DNA of 64,000 nucleotides from Lama guanicoe (GCA_013239625.1 MU054323.1:2232001-2296000), one strand, 5' to 3'. Numbered from the stretch's first letter, positions 48,232-61,579 are shown. Translations and numbers: made by a program. Notes: generated by a model not told the origin, from the sequence alone.

Positions 48232-51095
48232 TCCCACCCTACCCCCTTACCTCCTCCAGGCCTTGGAAAACTGCTAATCTACTTTTTGTCTGTATAAATT
48301 TTCCTATTCTAAGCATGTCATGTAAATGATATCATTCAAATATGATCTTTTGTGACTGGCTTCTCTCATGCAGCTTAAAGTTTTCAAGGTTCATCCATAT
48401 TGTAGCATGTATTGACACTTCATTTCATTTTATGACCAATTAATATTCTATAGTATGGTTAAATAAAATTTTAGTTATCAATTTACCAATTGATGAACAT
48501 ATGGGTTATTTCTACTCTTTGGCTATTATGAATAATGCTGCTATAAACATTTTTTCACAAGCTCTTGTGTGGATGTATGTTTTCATTTGTCTTGGTTATA
48601 TTCCTTGGAGTAGAATTGCTGGGTCATATGATAAATCTATGTTCAACCCTTTGAGGGACTCCCAAACTGTTTAGAAGTGGTCGCAACATTTTACCTTCCA
48701 ATCTGCAGTATACGATGACTCTTGATTTTTCCTCATCATCTCCAACACTTGTTATTATCTGACTTTACATCCTAGTGGGTGGGAAGTAGCATCTCACCTT
48801 GTAGTGCTTATTTGCATTTTTCTAGTAACTGGTGAGATAGAGAACCCTTTCAAGAGCTTTTTGGTCACTTGTATGTCTTCACTGTTGAAATGTCTACTCA
48901 GATCCTTTGTCCATTTAAAAAATTGGATTATTTGTCTTCATATCATTGAATTAAAGTGTTCTTTATATAATCTGGATACAAAAAATTTTCACATAAAAGA
49001 TCTGCAAATATTTTCTCCCATACTGTAACTTGTCTTTTCATGTTCTGGGTGGTAGTCTGCATCAAAAAAGTTTTACATTCATCTGTTTAAATTTTGTCTG
49101 TTTGTCAATTTTGTCTGTTTATCTATTTAATCTACTTGCCAGTTTGTCTCTTTTTTTTCTTTGTTGCTTATGCTTTGATGACATGTTTAAGAAACCATTG
49201 CCTAATCCAAGGTTACACAGTTATTTCTATGACTTACTATGAGTTTTATCATTATGGCTCTGACATGAATGTCTATAATCCTTGTTGAGCTATTTTTATA
49301 TGATTTGAGGTAAAGGTCCAGATTATTGATATGATTGGATTAACATGTACCAATTTGCTTTATTTTTCCGTATGCGTTTCATGTCTTTTGTTGTTGTTTC
49401 TCGCTCCCTCTTTCATTGCCTTCATTTTTAGTAGGTTAATATTTCTTAGTGTACCATCTTATTTCCGTTAGTGATTTTTAATTATCTTTCTGAGTTATTT
49501 CTTTAGTGGTTGCTCTAGAGTTTACAATGCACATCTTAACTTATCAGAATCCATTTCAGGTTTATACAGTTAGATCTAGTGAAATATGGAAACTTAACTC
49601 CTATGTAACACCATTTCCTCTCCATCTTTTTAAAGTATTATATATTATGTCAATATATATACTACAAATCCAGTAATACTTTTTTATAATGATTATACAT
49701 TATATATTTTAATCACCTGAGAGAAAAAAAGTATGGCAAGTATATATTTACAGAGTTTGTTATATTGATCATCTTACTTACCCTTTCTGGTTCTTCTCAG
49801 TTTATCCCGAGGGTCTGAGTTAGCATCTGGCATCATTTCCTTACTTCAGTACACCTTTGTTATTGTCAGGTATTTGTTACATTTCTGTATATTATGACCC
49901 TAAAGATGCAAGATGGGCAGCAATGCATATACTTGTTTTACATAATTGCTTTTTAAATCAGTCAAAAGAAGAAAGAAGAAATTTGTCATTATACTCTCTT
50001 TTCCAATTACCTACATAATTATCATTGCCAGTGCTCCTTTGCTTTTTCATGTAGATTTGAATTACTGCCTGGTGTTACTTGCTTTCAGCCAGAAGAATTT
50101 TTAGTATTCCATGCATAAAAGTTCTACTAATAACAAATTCTTTCAATTTTTGTTTACCTGGGAACAACTTTGTTTTGCCTTCATTTTTAAAGACAGCTTT
50201 GCAGAATATAAGATTCTTGGTTGATATTTTAGCTTCCAGCTGTTTTAGTATGTCATCGCACTGTGTTCCGGCCACCTTGTTTGTGATGAGGTATCAGCTG
50301 TTAATTTATTGTGGTTCATTTTGTGTGATGAGTCATTTTTCTCTTCCTGCTTTTAGATTTTTTTTTCTTATTTTGGATTTCAATATTTTTATTAGGATGT
50401 GCTAATATTTTTATTAGCACCTTTGGTGTAGAGGTGCTTCTACCCAGAAGGGAAGCAGACCAGGAGGGAAATTCCATAGCTGCCTGAGGATATTCACTCT
50501 ACTGAAGGTAGGGGCGGGGCCTTTTCTCTTAGAGCATTCATGCTCTGTGAGTAAGCATGTAGGAGTGCAGCAGATAGTCAGCCCCTCATCTTCTGGATTC
50601 TTCTTGATGTGAAACATCTTCCATATGAGTGAGCTGAGATGGGGCAATTAAGACCCCAGTATTCTTGACCACTAGGGTAGAGATTCTGCTCTATGAGTCA
50701 GGGGGCTGGCTAAAGGAAGAAAGACATGACCCTGTCCACTGGGTGTCCACTGGCTGGAATAGAACTTCTGCAGTGTGAGTCTGGAGGGATAAGAAATGCC
50801 AGCATCTTATTCCGCCTGGGATAAACCTTAGCCCAGACTGGTAGCTGGAGGCTTTCATAACATCAAGTTATAGGGGCAGAGGGGAGGAATTGTGTAGACT
50901 GTGGCTAAATGCCACAGACTCTCAGTATCTTGCTAAATTTTGGTAGATTTTCTTAAATGAATGTTTCTTTATTTCCTGTGTGCCCTTTGAAAAATTTCTA
51001 GAGACTTGACATGATTTCTTAAAAAGCCTTTTTACCAGTTATGTCATTTTGATGGAGGCAGGGTCTGATGATCTCCTTATTCTGATCTCCTTCTC
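48232..51095 (-). mobile_element. L1M (L1MB-like) pieces: 3' UTR/ORF2 end (48232-49320), ORF1/inter-ORF (49320-50395) and 5' UTR (50420-51095), with large internal deletions
   Basis: Antisense 3' UTR and ORF2 C-terminus (TTGGCTATTATGAATAATGCTGCTATAAACATT; GGAGTAGAATTGCTGGGTCATATG). Minus ORF 50075-50275 (FKNEGKTKLFPGKQKLKEFVISR) matches the ORF1p C-terminal domain. Confidence 0.8.
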
Positions 51096-51979
51096 CAGTC
51101 ACTCTGGAAGAGCTGATAGAACTCATTTTAAGTTAAAGCTAAATGGGAAAAATCACTTTCATGTGCTTTTTATTTTACTTCCATCTCTCTCCTACTCAAA
51201 TGCTGCCAAAGGTTCCCCACTCCTGAAATCCAAGTTATTTATTCTGGAAGGCTCCTCACAAGCCGGCCTCTGCATCTTTTCCTTATTTATCTACAATATT
51301 CCACCTTCCTTTCATACAGATTCATTTAGGTTAGTTCACTTATCATCTGTTATTTTTTTGTACATTCTAGTCTTTGTTCATGCCTCTCTTTTTTTGTCCA
51401 AAGTGGCCAAACTTATCCTTCATAGCTCTTTGCAGATATTCACAGACCAGTATAGCTAAAACTATATCCCATTCACTGAAGCAACAGGACCCTTCTAGTA
51501 GACTGTTCTGTGCCACTCTTGACTCTGTTACGTAGAGGCCATTTGTACCCAGATCAGTTTTAAGCACCTGAAATAGAAAGTATTTCTTATGCTTTTTTTT
51601 TTTTTACTAACTTTTAGCACTTGGCCCAGGGCAGATCATACAGTGCATATTTAGTGAATTTTATGGGGTAAATTATTTTGTGTATTCAATTCCAGCTTTT
51701 GGGAACCTCTTCAGAGGAGCAAGCATGGTCCTGATAGATAAATTTCTAGTTAAATTGTAAATGTAGAAGGATCATGAACTTTGATCATTTTGTGGTTCTT
51801 AATATGAAATGTATCTGAAGTGCTTGCTCATTAATGTCGTATTTATAGTTACAGTGTGAATACACCCAGTTTTAGTTGTCTAAAGCAAACTTCATGATGG
51901 GGCCCAATTGTTCTAAAGGCCAAGGGCTAAAGATTTCTAGAAAAGATAGGTCTCTGTTCTACAAAGTCATAATATTTCA

Positions 51980-53290
51980 TTTAATAAATGTTTATTAAAA
52001 CTAGACACCATGGAGGATGTCATGGATTTACAAACTTGAATCAGATACAGCGTTACCTTAAGAAACTTAGATTCCAGTGGAGAAGATTCTAATAAGAGAT
52101 TAAAAAAAAGCACAAATATAAGTCAAACTGTATCTCTGGCCCAGTGTTTTGTGGGTCTGTGAAATCCCTCAACTGAGGGACTCTGGGCAGGTACTCATTT
52201 GAGAAATGGAATATTCAAGACTCCTGATCCTTGAAACATAGACAGGCTTTTAGAAGATGGATGTACCAAGCTGGAGCTCTAAGGAAAACAGATTGAACAA
52301 AATTCCAAAAGGGAAAATCTAAGGGACTTTTAAAAAATTATGGGCATTCCAATATGTTTGTATCATAGGGGTCATGATAAGGTGGAGTGGGATATATGAA
52401 TGGGCATTCAGGTTGAACCAGATCCTGAAGACTCTCAAGTGGCAAGTTGACGACTTTTCAGTTTATTTCGTTTTCACCATTAGGATACAACTGAGTTACT
52501 GAATGTTTCTGTAAGAAGGACTGAATTGGCAGATCTAGGTCTGCACTGTTCAATATGGTAGTTCCTAGCCATGTGTAATTATTTAAGATTAAATTAATTA
52601 AATAAAAAAATCAGCCCCCTAGTTGCACTAGCCATATTCTAAGTGCTCGGTATCCTTGTGTGGCTAGGATCTACCATATTGGGTAGTACACAACATTTCT
52701 ATTCATGCCAAAATTTCTATTGGAAAGTGTTGTACCAGATTTTGGGCTCTGACACCAGTCAGTACAAAGAACGGTATGCAGGGTATGGAAGGCAGAGGTG
52801 GAGAGATGGGAAATAAGCAGCAAAACTTACAATATGTTCTCAAAGTAATCCAGGTGATGAAAGGTAACTGGGGGCTCAACTAGGGTGATGGCAATGCAAG
52901 GAGAGCTGAGACCACTGTGATACGCAGGTTAGATACTGACAAAGAATTCTACAATTGATTACCTGTTAGGAATGAAATGAGATGGATAGAAACAATAAAA
53001 TGGAAAGTTACCATACTTTGAGTGACCGGATAAGCAGTGGTGCTATTCACTGAGATAAGGGGGGATAAATGGAGTTAGTTGACAGAGATTATTGAAATAA
53101 CGGGTACAGTATAGTAATGCTGGGTTTGAATTTCCTATACAAGAGCCAGGTAGAGATTTCCAGGAGACCGAAAAGAATATTCTGGAACTTGTAATAGAAG
53201 ATCATATTTATACTCAGTATTTCTTATATAGAGATAATGGCTAAAACCATAAAGAAAAGAGAATAGAATCAAAGTAAACACCTACAGGTA
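51980..53290 (-). mobile_element. L2 fragment split by MER3
   Basis: TTCATTTAATAAATGTTTATTAAA (tail); GTAATCCAGGTGATG...CTCAACTAGGGTGATGGCAATG; GGTGCTATTCACTGAGATAAGG. Confidence 0.65.
52541..52732 (-). mobile_element. MER3 (hAT-Charlie) MITE
   Basis: CTGCACTGTTCAATATGGTAG...TAGCCATGTG...AGTTGCACTAGCCATATT...GTGGCTAG...CTACCATATTGG...TTCTATTGGAAAGTGTTG matches the MER3 internal inverted structure. Confidence 0.9.
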
Positions 53291-53664
53291 TTTCACTATA
53301 TTTATTTTATTTCCCTTTTGTTCAATTCTTGATTAAAGCAATCTAGGTTAAAAGTTCAAAGTTCATCTATTGTTTTCAATTATTTTAATACCAGTTTCTT
53401 AAGAGTGACTTTACATGCCCAGTGACCCAAAGGCTGGTATATTTCTTCAAGGCACCACGTGTACATTTTTCCAGATACCATCAAATGATTTCAGATATTA
53501 TACTTTTCTTGTGTAATACAAATAATTAAACTTGACCCAGGAAATGGGACGGTTTATTTGGTGCATTAAATTTTGTTTTTAGATTAAAATGTAACTGTTG
53601 AAATGGTACCTATTACTCACTCATCTCTAATTGCTACATTTGTGCCTATGTATCCTTGAAGGAT

Positions 53665-54500
53665 TTTATTAATTTAATTCATATAGCAAGCATTTACTGA
53701 TTATGTACAAGATGAACAAATGCAGGTGATACAAAGACTTCTGCAATTCAGATCCTTTCAAAGATTCACTTGTCAGTGAGAGAACAAATATGAACACAGA
53801 AATCACAACACAGTGTGATTTGTGCTAGAGAGGTACACTAAGACTTATGTGGGCAGGAGGAAGGAAACATTCTGCGAGGGCGATAAGAAAAGTTTCCCAA
53901 AGAAAGTGGCTTCTGAGACAGATGTTGAGGAATGAAGGGGAGAGTGTGTGCAGAGCCCCCGTGTGGGGAAGGCCTTGGGTGACTTAATATAATGCAGAGG
54001 TCAGAGAAAGCAGGGGAGGCCAGATTCTGATCAACTTTTTATGCCATTCGAATGAGTTTGGGTTTATTTTAGAAGAAACATAATGAACGATAATTAGTCA
54101 AGGGGTTAGAGTTATGAGATTATATTGTGGGGTTCCATTTTAGAAAGTTACCTGTGGGGTGGGTAGAATTCAGAAGGTGACATTGGAGGAAACACAAGTT
54201 AGAAATCTGCTGGTAGGAACCAGGCTTGAGGGGGTGCTGGTAAGAAACTGATTCCAAAGACATTTAGGGTACACTACATTGTACATACTACATTGGACAT
54301 TCAGGAGACTTTGGTGTAAGTTAGAAGTAGCATCTGGAATGATACCCAGACATCTGACTTTAGACCCCAGGAATAAGGAGGCATCAGTCCTTGCAGCAGG
54401 TGTGGGGCATGAAGGTGAGTTCTACTTTGGTAATACTGAAGTTGAGGTTCCTTTGGATCGTCCAGGGGAGATGTGCACCTGGAGATATGAATCAAATATG
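53665..54500 (-). mobile_element. L2 fragment
   Basis: CAAGCATTTACTGA (tail); AATCACAACACAGTGTGAT; GAGTTTGGGTTTATT; GAGTTCTACTTTGGTAATACTGAAGTTGAGGTTCCT. This explains ORF 54279-54533. Confidence 0.7.
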
Positions 54501-55479
54501 GTTCAAATATCATCTCTTATCTTTACTGAATGACCTGTTATTAATCCTGGACATATTAATAACTTAGGGTCCCTGTTTTATTTTTATTCCATGGGTAATA
54601 GCAAGGCCTCCAGGTCTGATGTAGTTAACAGAAGATGAGATGCCATTTTCTGAGCTGCCACAGAGTAGGAATGGGCAGAACTTTGTGGCACTTTACTTTG
54701 CCACATGGACTTCTATCTCATGTACCTACTTTCTGCTTTCCACCCTGGAATATCCCTGAAAGGTACTTTGTTAATGCTTTCCTCCCATAAAATAGTCTCT
54801 CTTTGATGTCTCTCTCTCTCTCTCTCTCCCTCCTTTCCTGCTTCCTCTCCCTACCCCATACCTCTAATTTTTCTCTGTTTTTCAGATCCTTCCCTTTTGA
54901 AGATTTTTACCTGTTAGGAAGCTACTTTTTTCCTGGACATATCCCTAAAACCTCTTTTATTCCCCCACCCGCATCTGCTGCATGACAGCCCTTAGAAAAC
55001 TAGCATTTTGAAGCAAGATGGAAACTTAGCTAATATCTTTTGTAACGCCTTGACTTTGCTGATTTTGAGTTGGCAAAGAGGAAAGAACTTGTTCAAAGTC
55101 ACATCACTAGACAGTGCCTTGCATGCACTTTTGATTATCTAAATCCCTGTTCAATTCTTTGAAAGTGCTTTCTATTTATAGTATAAATATATACATCATG
55201 GATTTTTTAAAACATGAAACATGGGTTATTGGTTACAAATGCATTTACATTCTACATTAAGGAACACATTCTGAGTCTTGTTTTAAAATGTTTCCTGTAG
55301 TCCATTTGAACTTTACCATGTTTGTTTATTAATTTAATGAAATTTCATTTAGATTTCCTGATTTTTTTAGTTTATTGCATAAATAGAATGCTTTTCAAAT
55401 TTGACCAGTATGGTTTTAATATGGTTTATAAGTGTTAATTTGTTGAATTACATATTTATTTTTTAAATGTTGCCCTTTA

Positions 55480-55945
55480 AAACACATTGACAATTTTTCT
55501 GGTTGAATTAACACAGATTCATTACACAAATTTAGAAAATATTGAAAATTAGAAGATTTAAAAAGCCATGCATGGTCTTATTAAAATTATACAACACATT
55601 TATTTTTAGTGTAGGTTTCCATTTATTTTTTTCTCTCCATGTTAATGTGGCTCTTCAATAGTTTTTATTCTTCTTTTTCTAACCTAACACTTATGTCTAT
55701 TTCCATAGTCTATATCCTTATTAGCAATTTTGATGGATTTATAATATTTCACCATGCTTCTATACTATACACATGAATCTAGCAATGTCCTGATTTTTGG
55801 ATATTTAGCTTATTTTCTACTTTTTAATATTATGTATACAGTTATAAAGAATATTATTGGATTTAAAGTTATGTCAAATTTGGAGGATTATTATAGATAT
55901 CCAAAGGTAGAAGCAGTGAGTGAAAAGGAGTGAACATTTATATAT
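55480..55945 (-). mobile_element. Old L1ME 3' UTR fragment
   Basis: CATTACACAAATTTAGAAAATA...CCTGATTTTTGGATATTTAGCTTATTTTCTACTTTTT...GTGAAAAGGAGTGAACATTT. Confidence 0.5.
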
Positions 55946-56379
55946 GAGAGTGATGCTGTTGACCTGGGATCAAGACCACATACATGCCACAGGTGATTCT
56001 TGAATATTCTTGATGTATATGGTCTGAGAAATCTCACTCTTGAGCTTCCCTGGAACCAGTAGAATAGTTATGAATAGTTACTTCATTTCGGTTGGGTTAA
56101 ACCTTAGTGGTCTTTACTCCATTGGGGAAAAAAAAAACTTATCTGCCTCCAACTTTATTGATTCCAAGATGTAGATTGACATGGGTGAAAATAGACCTTG
56201 ATTATACATTATTTGGGAGCAAAAATACTAGAAAACTGTTTCTTCTATTGGCATATCTCTTCACTCAATTCCTGTAATTTGATATCCATGAATGAACAGA
56301 TTACAGGAGTGTCTGGTATTTTCCATTATAGTAATGTAATAGATGTAACCTGCGGTACACTCACAGAGAAGGACGATGT

Positions 56380-56710
56380 TGCAGATACAGCCAGGAAAGG
56401 CTTTGCAGGGCAGTGATTCCTAAGCTGGAATACTGAGGATGAGGAGTTATTTGCCTCATAGACAAAGAAGTAAGGACATTCCAAATGAAGGAACAGTCTG
56501 TGCAGAAGTACGAAAACCTGAAACTCACTGCATTTATTGGACGTGAACATGGCTGAGAGGATGGAATGAGGCTGAGAGTAAGGCAGCTGCAAAAGATAAT
56601 CAAGAAGCCAGGTCGATAAGACCTGTAAGCTCAAAGGGGAACTTTATTAGATGGAGGATAGTAAACCAGTGAATACTTCTAACCGGAGAAGAAAACTCAT
56701 TTTGCATGTA
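56380..56710 (-). mobile_element. L2 fragment
   Basis: CCAGGAAAGGCTTTGCAGGGCAGTGA...TGAGGATGAG...GGACATTCCAAATGAAGGAACAG...TGTGCAGAAG. Confidence 0.65.
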
Positions 56711-58149
56711 GTAAAATGTAGTTTAAATTGTTTAAGTTAACTTGCCACTGAACAAACTGCATGTTTTACATCTCAGTACATGATCAAGTTGGCATGTGCT
56801 GTAGTTTCATTAATCAAAGAGGAGCTCACCAAGATTGTCTTCAGTGATGTGTAATTCACTCTTTCCTCCATGTCTATGAACAGTAATATGTTTAGAAATT
56901 ACACCCAATTGTTTCACGAGTGAAGTAGCCACAAGAGCTACTAAAAGTAGTGCTTTAGTGAAATCCTTCTCAAAGTGATCTTATGTCTGACCTTCTGTAC
57001 TTTATCTTCCAAAGATCAGCTTGTGGTGTTAATTATGGGGTAAGTAAGCAGTTACTTCCTACAGCAAATCAGCCAAAGTCCAGGTTTGCTCTGGAGGTCT
57101 CAGGGATCAGAGCTCTGTGTTTCTTCAGGTTTCAATTTACCAGCCTCAAACCACTTAAAAGCAGGAGGAGGAAAGACTGGGGAGTGATCAGTTTACAAGT
57201 GACCTGGGAGTTCACAGCTTTCATCCCTGGAAATCACAGTCCATATAATAGGCCTTGTGCAGATACAATTGGGACAAATTGACTCAGGCGTCTAGCTTTC
57301 AGAAATGAAAACCCTTCTTTTCCCTTATCGGTGTCCCCATGCCTAAATTGTTGGAATCAAGCATTTGATGGAGGACGGTAGTTGTTCTAAGGTCAAATAG
57401 AGGATGTAGGTCCTGAGTAAGAGTGTAGGCTGTTAAGTGGCACCCAGCTGTGTTAATTGGTTAATAGGACTCTAGCTAGTTTAGGAACTTAAGTCATGTG
57501 AGGGGAACCATGCCTCGCACACTTTTTCCTTTCTAGGCAAGTGAGAGATGTAACTGTGGAACAATGTACAGTTGGCAAATCTTCAAACTAAGCTCCTGTT
57601 GTACCAAATATTTTTGAAATGTCTTTTTAGATATGATTTCAAATTTTTTTTAATGTTTTTGAGAAAGGTATTATTTCCAACTTGGTACTTTAAATTGACT
57701 TCTAGAATCAGTGTGAGTCACCCAGATTCCAGGCTAGTGGATATGATAAAAATCATTGCCAAATAATAATCATTCTCAGCAGAAAGTGCAAGTTTGAAAA
57801 AAAGGAAAAGAAGAGGGAGAGAGAAAATCTGAAGGGAATGACTTTCTACATTCATTTGGTTATAGAAGGTCTTGCTATTTATTAGGAATTCAGTAGTCTT
57901 GCTTTAAAGTCATTCATCAAACAATTGGAGCAAAACTCCCTTAGCATTTCCTTACCATATAAATAGGTACTTTGTAAAGCCACAGGTATGAGACCACAGC
58001 ACTATCAAGTTATAACCCATTGCACATGGAAGGTTGATATATTGACGTTGTTCAGTGCTTAATACTGAGAAAGAATATTGCTATTAGTTCTTACCACTTA
58101 TTGATTAATGGTAATTATTCTCAATTCATTGTTCATTCAATGCCTAGGA

Positions 58150-58885
58150 TATTTTTTTTTAATTAGTTCTAAACTTGACACTTGCCTAAAGCCTTTCAGT
58201 GGCTCCCAAGTGTCTCAGAGGACAATGTCCAATTGTCTGTCTGCCATTTTCAAAGATTAGAATCTTTGAAAATTAGATCTGCACCAATTTAGTCTCTCCA
58301 ACATTCTTGTAAGAATGCTATTTTTAAAGCACATCAGACAATGCACTAGTTCCCTTACTAAACATGCACCACCCCATCTTAGCTCTTACCTCTGCCAAAC
58401 GTTTCTGTTGACTTTCCTCGACTAGTTCTTCAAATCCGACTTGATTAGTGATGTTTCCCTGTCTTTTGAAAATGTCCTTTTTTACCAGATTCCCCTCCAA
58501 CTACCTCCTTTCTCATCATCTCAATGAAACTGTTCCCATTCTTAAAATATCTTTTTCCTTGGATTCTGTGACATGACATTCTCCCAATTTTTCTCTGAGT
58601 CTCCTCATTCTTCTTTGTGGGAATCTCTTTCTCTGTCCATCCACTAACTTGTATTTCTCACATGACCAGTTCCACTGTCAAAGACTTAATTACTTCCCAT
58701 ATGTTGAGGATTCCTAAATTTATATTTTCAGGCTATCTCTCCATTGTACACTTGAGATCCATATTTTCAACTGTCTGATGGATAGAAACAGTTGAACATC
58801 CCACAAGCATCTAAAAGTCAATATGTCCCACTTGAAGTTGTTACTTTTACTCTTAAATCTGGCCTTTCGTTCTGAATGGGAAAAT
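58150..58885 (+). mobile_element. L2 fragments; a short antisense L1ME 3' piece follows at about 58890-59035
   Basis: CTAAAGCCTTTCAGTGGCTCCCA; TTCCTTGGATTCTGTGACA; CCATATTTTCAACTGTCT; CACAAGCATCTAAAAGTCAATATGTCC. Confidence 0.6.
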
Positions 58886-59719
58886 CATTTTTTCCCATTT
58901 TCGAAAAATTGAGATGTAACTTAGGGTAAATATAATCTTAGATGTACAGCTTGATGGATGTTTACAACTTCAGTCCCACCCTGATTAAAATATAGTCTGT
59001 TTTTCACTCCCTGGAAGGATCCCTCATCCTTTTTTTAAATGACAGTGATTGAATGTTTAAAATTTTTATTATTATCAGTTTTTCTTTTATTTCTTGTCAT
59101 TGCAGAATTGCTTTATCTTTAAAAATCCTTTTTTTCAGATTTTTCTCCTGAAAGATAATGTAGAAAATGGCCACTAGATATTGTGAGTTTTGTTACTTAT
59201 TAGTTCTTGCTGGGTGTCTCTCCAGGGCTAAATATTTCTTGTTGCTACTTACTAGATTATTAAAATAGAGCTAGAAAAAATTTTAATCTTTTTTTTAAGG
59301 ATTCCTAAAATATTGCTTAAATGTATGAAGGGGTAGCATAGTTTTCCATTTGTTTATCATTAGAAATTTTTCTCATTCACACAAATTATTTTTATTGGTC
59401 AGCCTCTGGAGATGGACCCAACTCCACCAAATTTTCCTTCGGATCTTCATTTTGTTTGCAGTCAGCAACATTAAACTTTTAAGGTCCACTCAGAGGAGAG
59501 AATGAAACGTGGGACATAAAACAGATCATGTGGAGTCCATAGTAACTCAATAATTTGTTTAAAGCAGCACAGAAATGTCTTACATTTCCAGGGGGAGAAA
59601 AAGGTGCTAGAAATCTACAGCGTGATAACCTTTGCCCACAATACAGTTGAAGGGACTGTTCAACTTCAGACCCATGCAGACCCATGCGGAGATGCTTCAT
59701 TACTGAGCTGATGTGTTTA

Positions 59720-60650
59720 TCTTTCTCTGTAAAAATCAATTGAAATTTTGGCTCTTTTCTCCTCCAGAAATAATTTGTTTAAAAATCTGCCCCTTTTATG
59801 GCTGCTAAACTCGGACAATGATAGTGTCATATTTAGCCTCTGAAATTCAAAACTTGCTATCATCCTTGATTATTTTTCCCACATCTGACCAGACCCAAAA
59901 CTAAACAAATACCTAAATTAAAAAATAAATAAAACTGTTTCAATCTATCTATCTATCTGCCTGTCTGTCTGTCTAGATATTGATATGGGCAGCCATAATG
60001 TCCTCTTTGATTTACCTTTATTCTTATGGTTCTAGTTTAGGCTGTTACAAGCACTCACAAGGATTTTTACCAGTAGACTGCTAAATGTTTTTTATGCTTC
60101 CTATTTGGACCCCTTCCAGCTATTCTTCTCAATGGAAACAAAATAATCTTTATAGAATACAAGCTGATCATGCCATTCTCTTACTAAAAGCCTTTCAGTG
60201 GACTTCCCACTGTCTTCTGGATGAGGTCCAAACCCCTTAACATATCACATAAGACCCTGAATTTAGTTTCATCTCTTACTGTCTTTCTCCTGATATCTTG
60301 CTCCTAGCCATAGTGAGATGCAGTCTTTTTCCTCTTCTTAATTTATTAAAATATCTCTCACTACTCATCTTGAGGCCTCCCCCTTGCTTAGCACCCACCT
60401 TCTTGCTCCATGCCTTGGCCATACTCTGGGTAAGGTTCAGGGAACCCACCCCCCATACCACCGTACAGTACCTTCCTTTGCGTTCTCAGGGGACCCTCTG
60501 TTTTCTCAGTGAAGCACGTTGATTATACTATGTTGTGTTTTTAAATGTTATTTTCTCTATTCCCTACCAGACTATATGTCTTTTATTTTCATCTTTTAAT
60601 CCCCAGAACCTAAAATATACCTTACGTAATAAAAATAAAATTCATGGATA
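59720..60650 (+). mobile_element. L2 3' fragment
   Basis: TCATCCTTGA...CCCACATC; GCTGATCATGCCATTCTCTTACTAAAAGCCTTTCAGTGGACTTCCCA...GTCCAAACCCCTTAACAT; CCCTACCAGACT...ATCCCCAGAACCTA. Confidence 0.7.
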
Positions 60651-61423
60651 ATCTTGTCCTCCCAATTCCATTGCCCATCTTAGAATAACCGCTTCATTAA
60701 TCTGAGTGCTGATTGTTCCATTAGTGCATAGGCTCCGCCCTGCAGTTCTTAGCAATTTATTATCACTTACTGAGTTTTATTTTGCTCCAAATATTGCAGT
60801 AGTCATCTATATGAAGTCTCAATTGCTTTTCCTTAAATATAAGGACCATGGTGTACTCCTTACAGTGGAGTGTCCAGGTAATATTTGCCACCAAAGGATT
60901 CTATAGCTAAAGGGACTTTGTAATCTAATTTTGAGACAATATAGTTCAGATATTAAAATGTCTGTAGATGAATGAAATCTCAGAGAAATAACCTAGGATA
61001 GCTCAGGAAGGGCTCTTTACCACAAAGTAAGTTTCTAGTAAAATATCTTTTTAATTACTTGAAAGTAATCTTGAATGTTTTGTTTTAGGAAATCTGCCTC
61101 TTAGAGTGTGACACTCAAAATTTCCACAGTTATATGAGCTGCTGAGTGTCCACTGAATAAATTCCCTGTCTTCCATCCTATTCTAGAAGATACAGAGATT
61201 AGAAGAGACAGAGGGGATGTCTTCTCTGTCCTCTGAGGGCACCAAGTCTTCTTAGGGAGGTGAAGTATATCCTTATTAACTAGTGAAGATATAAGGCAGC
61301 GAAAATTATAATGTTTGCTTCGTTTAAATTCCTGGCTTTCAAGTTCTCCAGAATGTAGACCAAAGGAAGTGTTAGAAAATGTCAGTGTGTGATAAGCTCC
61401 AAATCTAAAGTGGAAAATGTTGT

Positions 61424-61579
61424 GGGAGGGTGTAGCTCACTAGCAGAGTGGGTGCCTAGCATGCACAAGGTCCCAAGTTCAATCCCCAGTACCTCCATTA
61501 AAGATAAATGAATACATAAAAACCTAATTACTTCTCCCCTACAAAGAAAAATTTTAAAATAAATAAAAATTTAAAAAGA
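61424..61579 (+). mobile_element. tRNA-Ala-derived SINE (camelid Vic-1 type, long-tail form)
   Basis: GGGAGGGTGTAGCTCACTAGCAGAGTGGGTGCCTAGCATGCACAAGGTCCCAAGTTCAATCCCCAGTACCTCCA followed by the tail ...AAACCTAATTACTTCTCCCC... and an A-rich end. Decayed TSD starting TAAAGTGGAA at 61406 and 61580. Confidence 0.88.

Noticed and set aside
9269..57720. Scattered AP-1 sites (TGACTCA/TGAGTCA) and TTC-N3-GAA sites
   Set aside because: I noticed about nine AP-1 heptamers, close to the roughly eight expected by chance in 64 kb on two strands. There is no convincing enrichment.
50732..59691. Small 10-11 bp tandem duplications (TGTCCACTGG at about 50733, GAATAGTTA at about 56062, CAGACCCATG at about 59667)
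   Set aside because: Ordinary replication-slippage events with no higher-order pattern.
58885..59820. Unknown insert or processed pseudogene splitting a single L2
   Set aside because: The two L2 pieces appear to overlap in consensus position, so they are probably independent copies. No TSD or recognisable mRNA was seen.
7850..60880. Naming the host gene from the multi-promoter-like layout
   Set aside because: No exon sequence or peptide was recognisable, so any gene symbol would be a guess.
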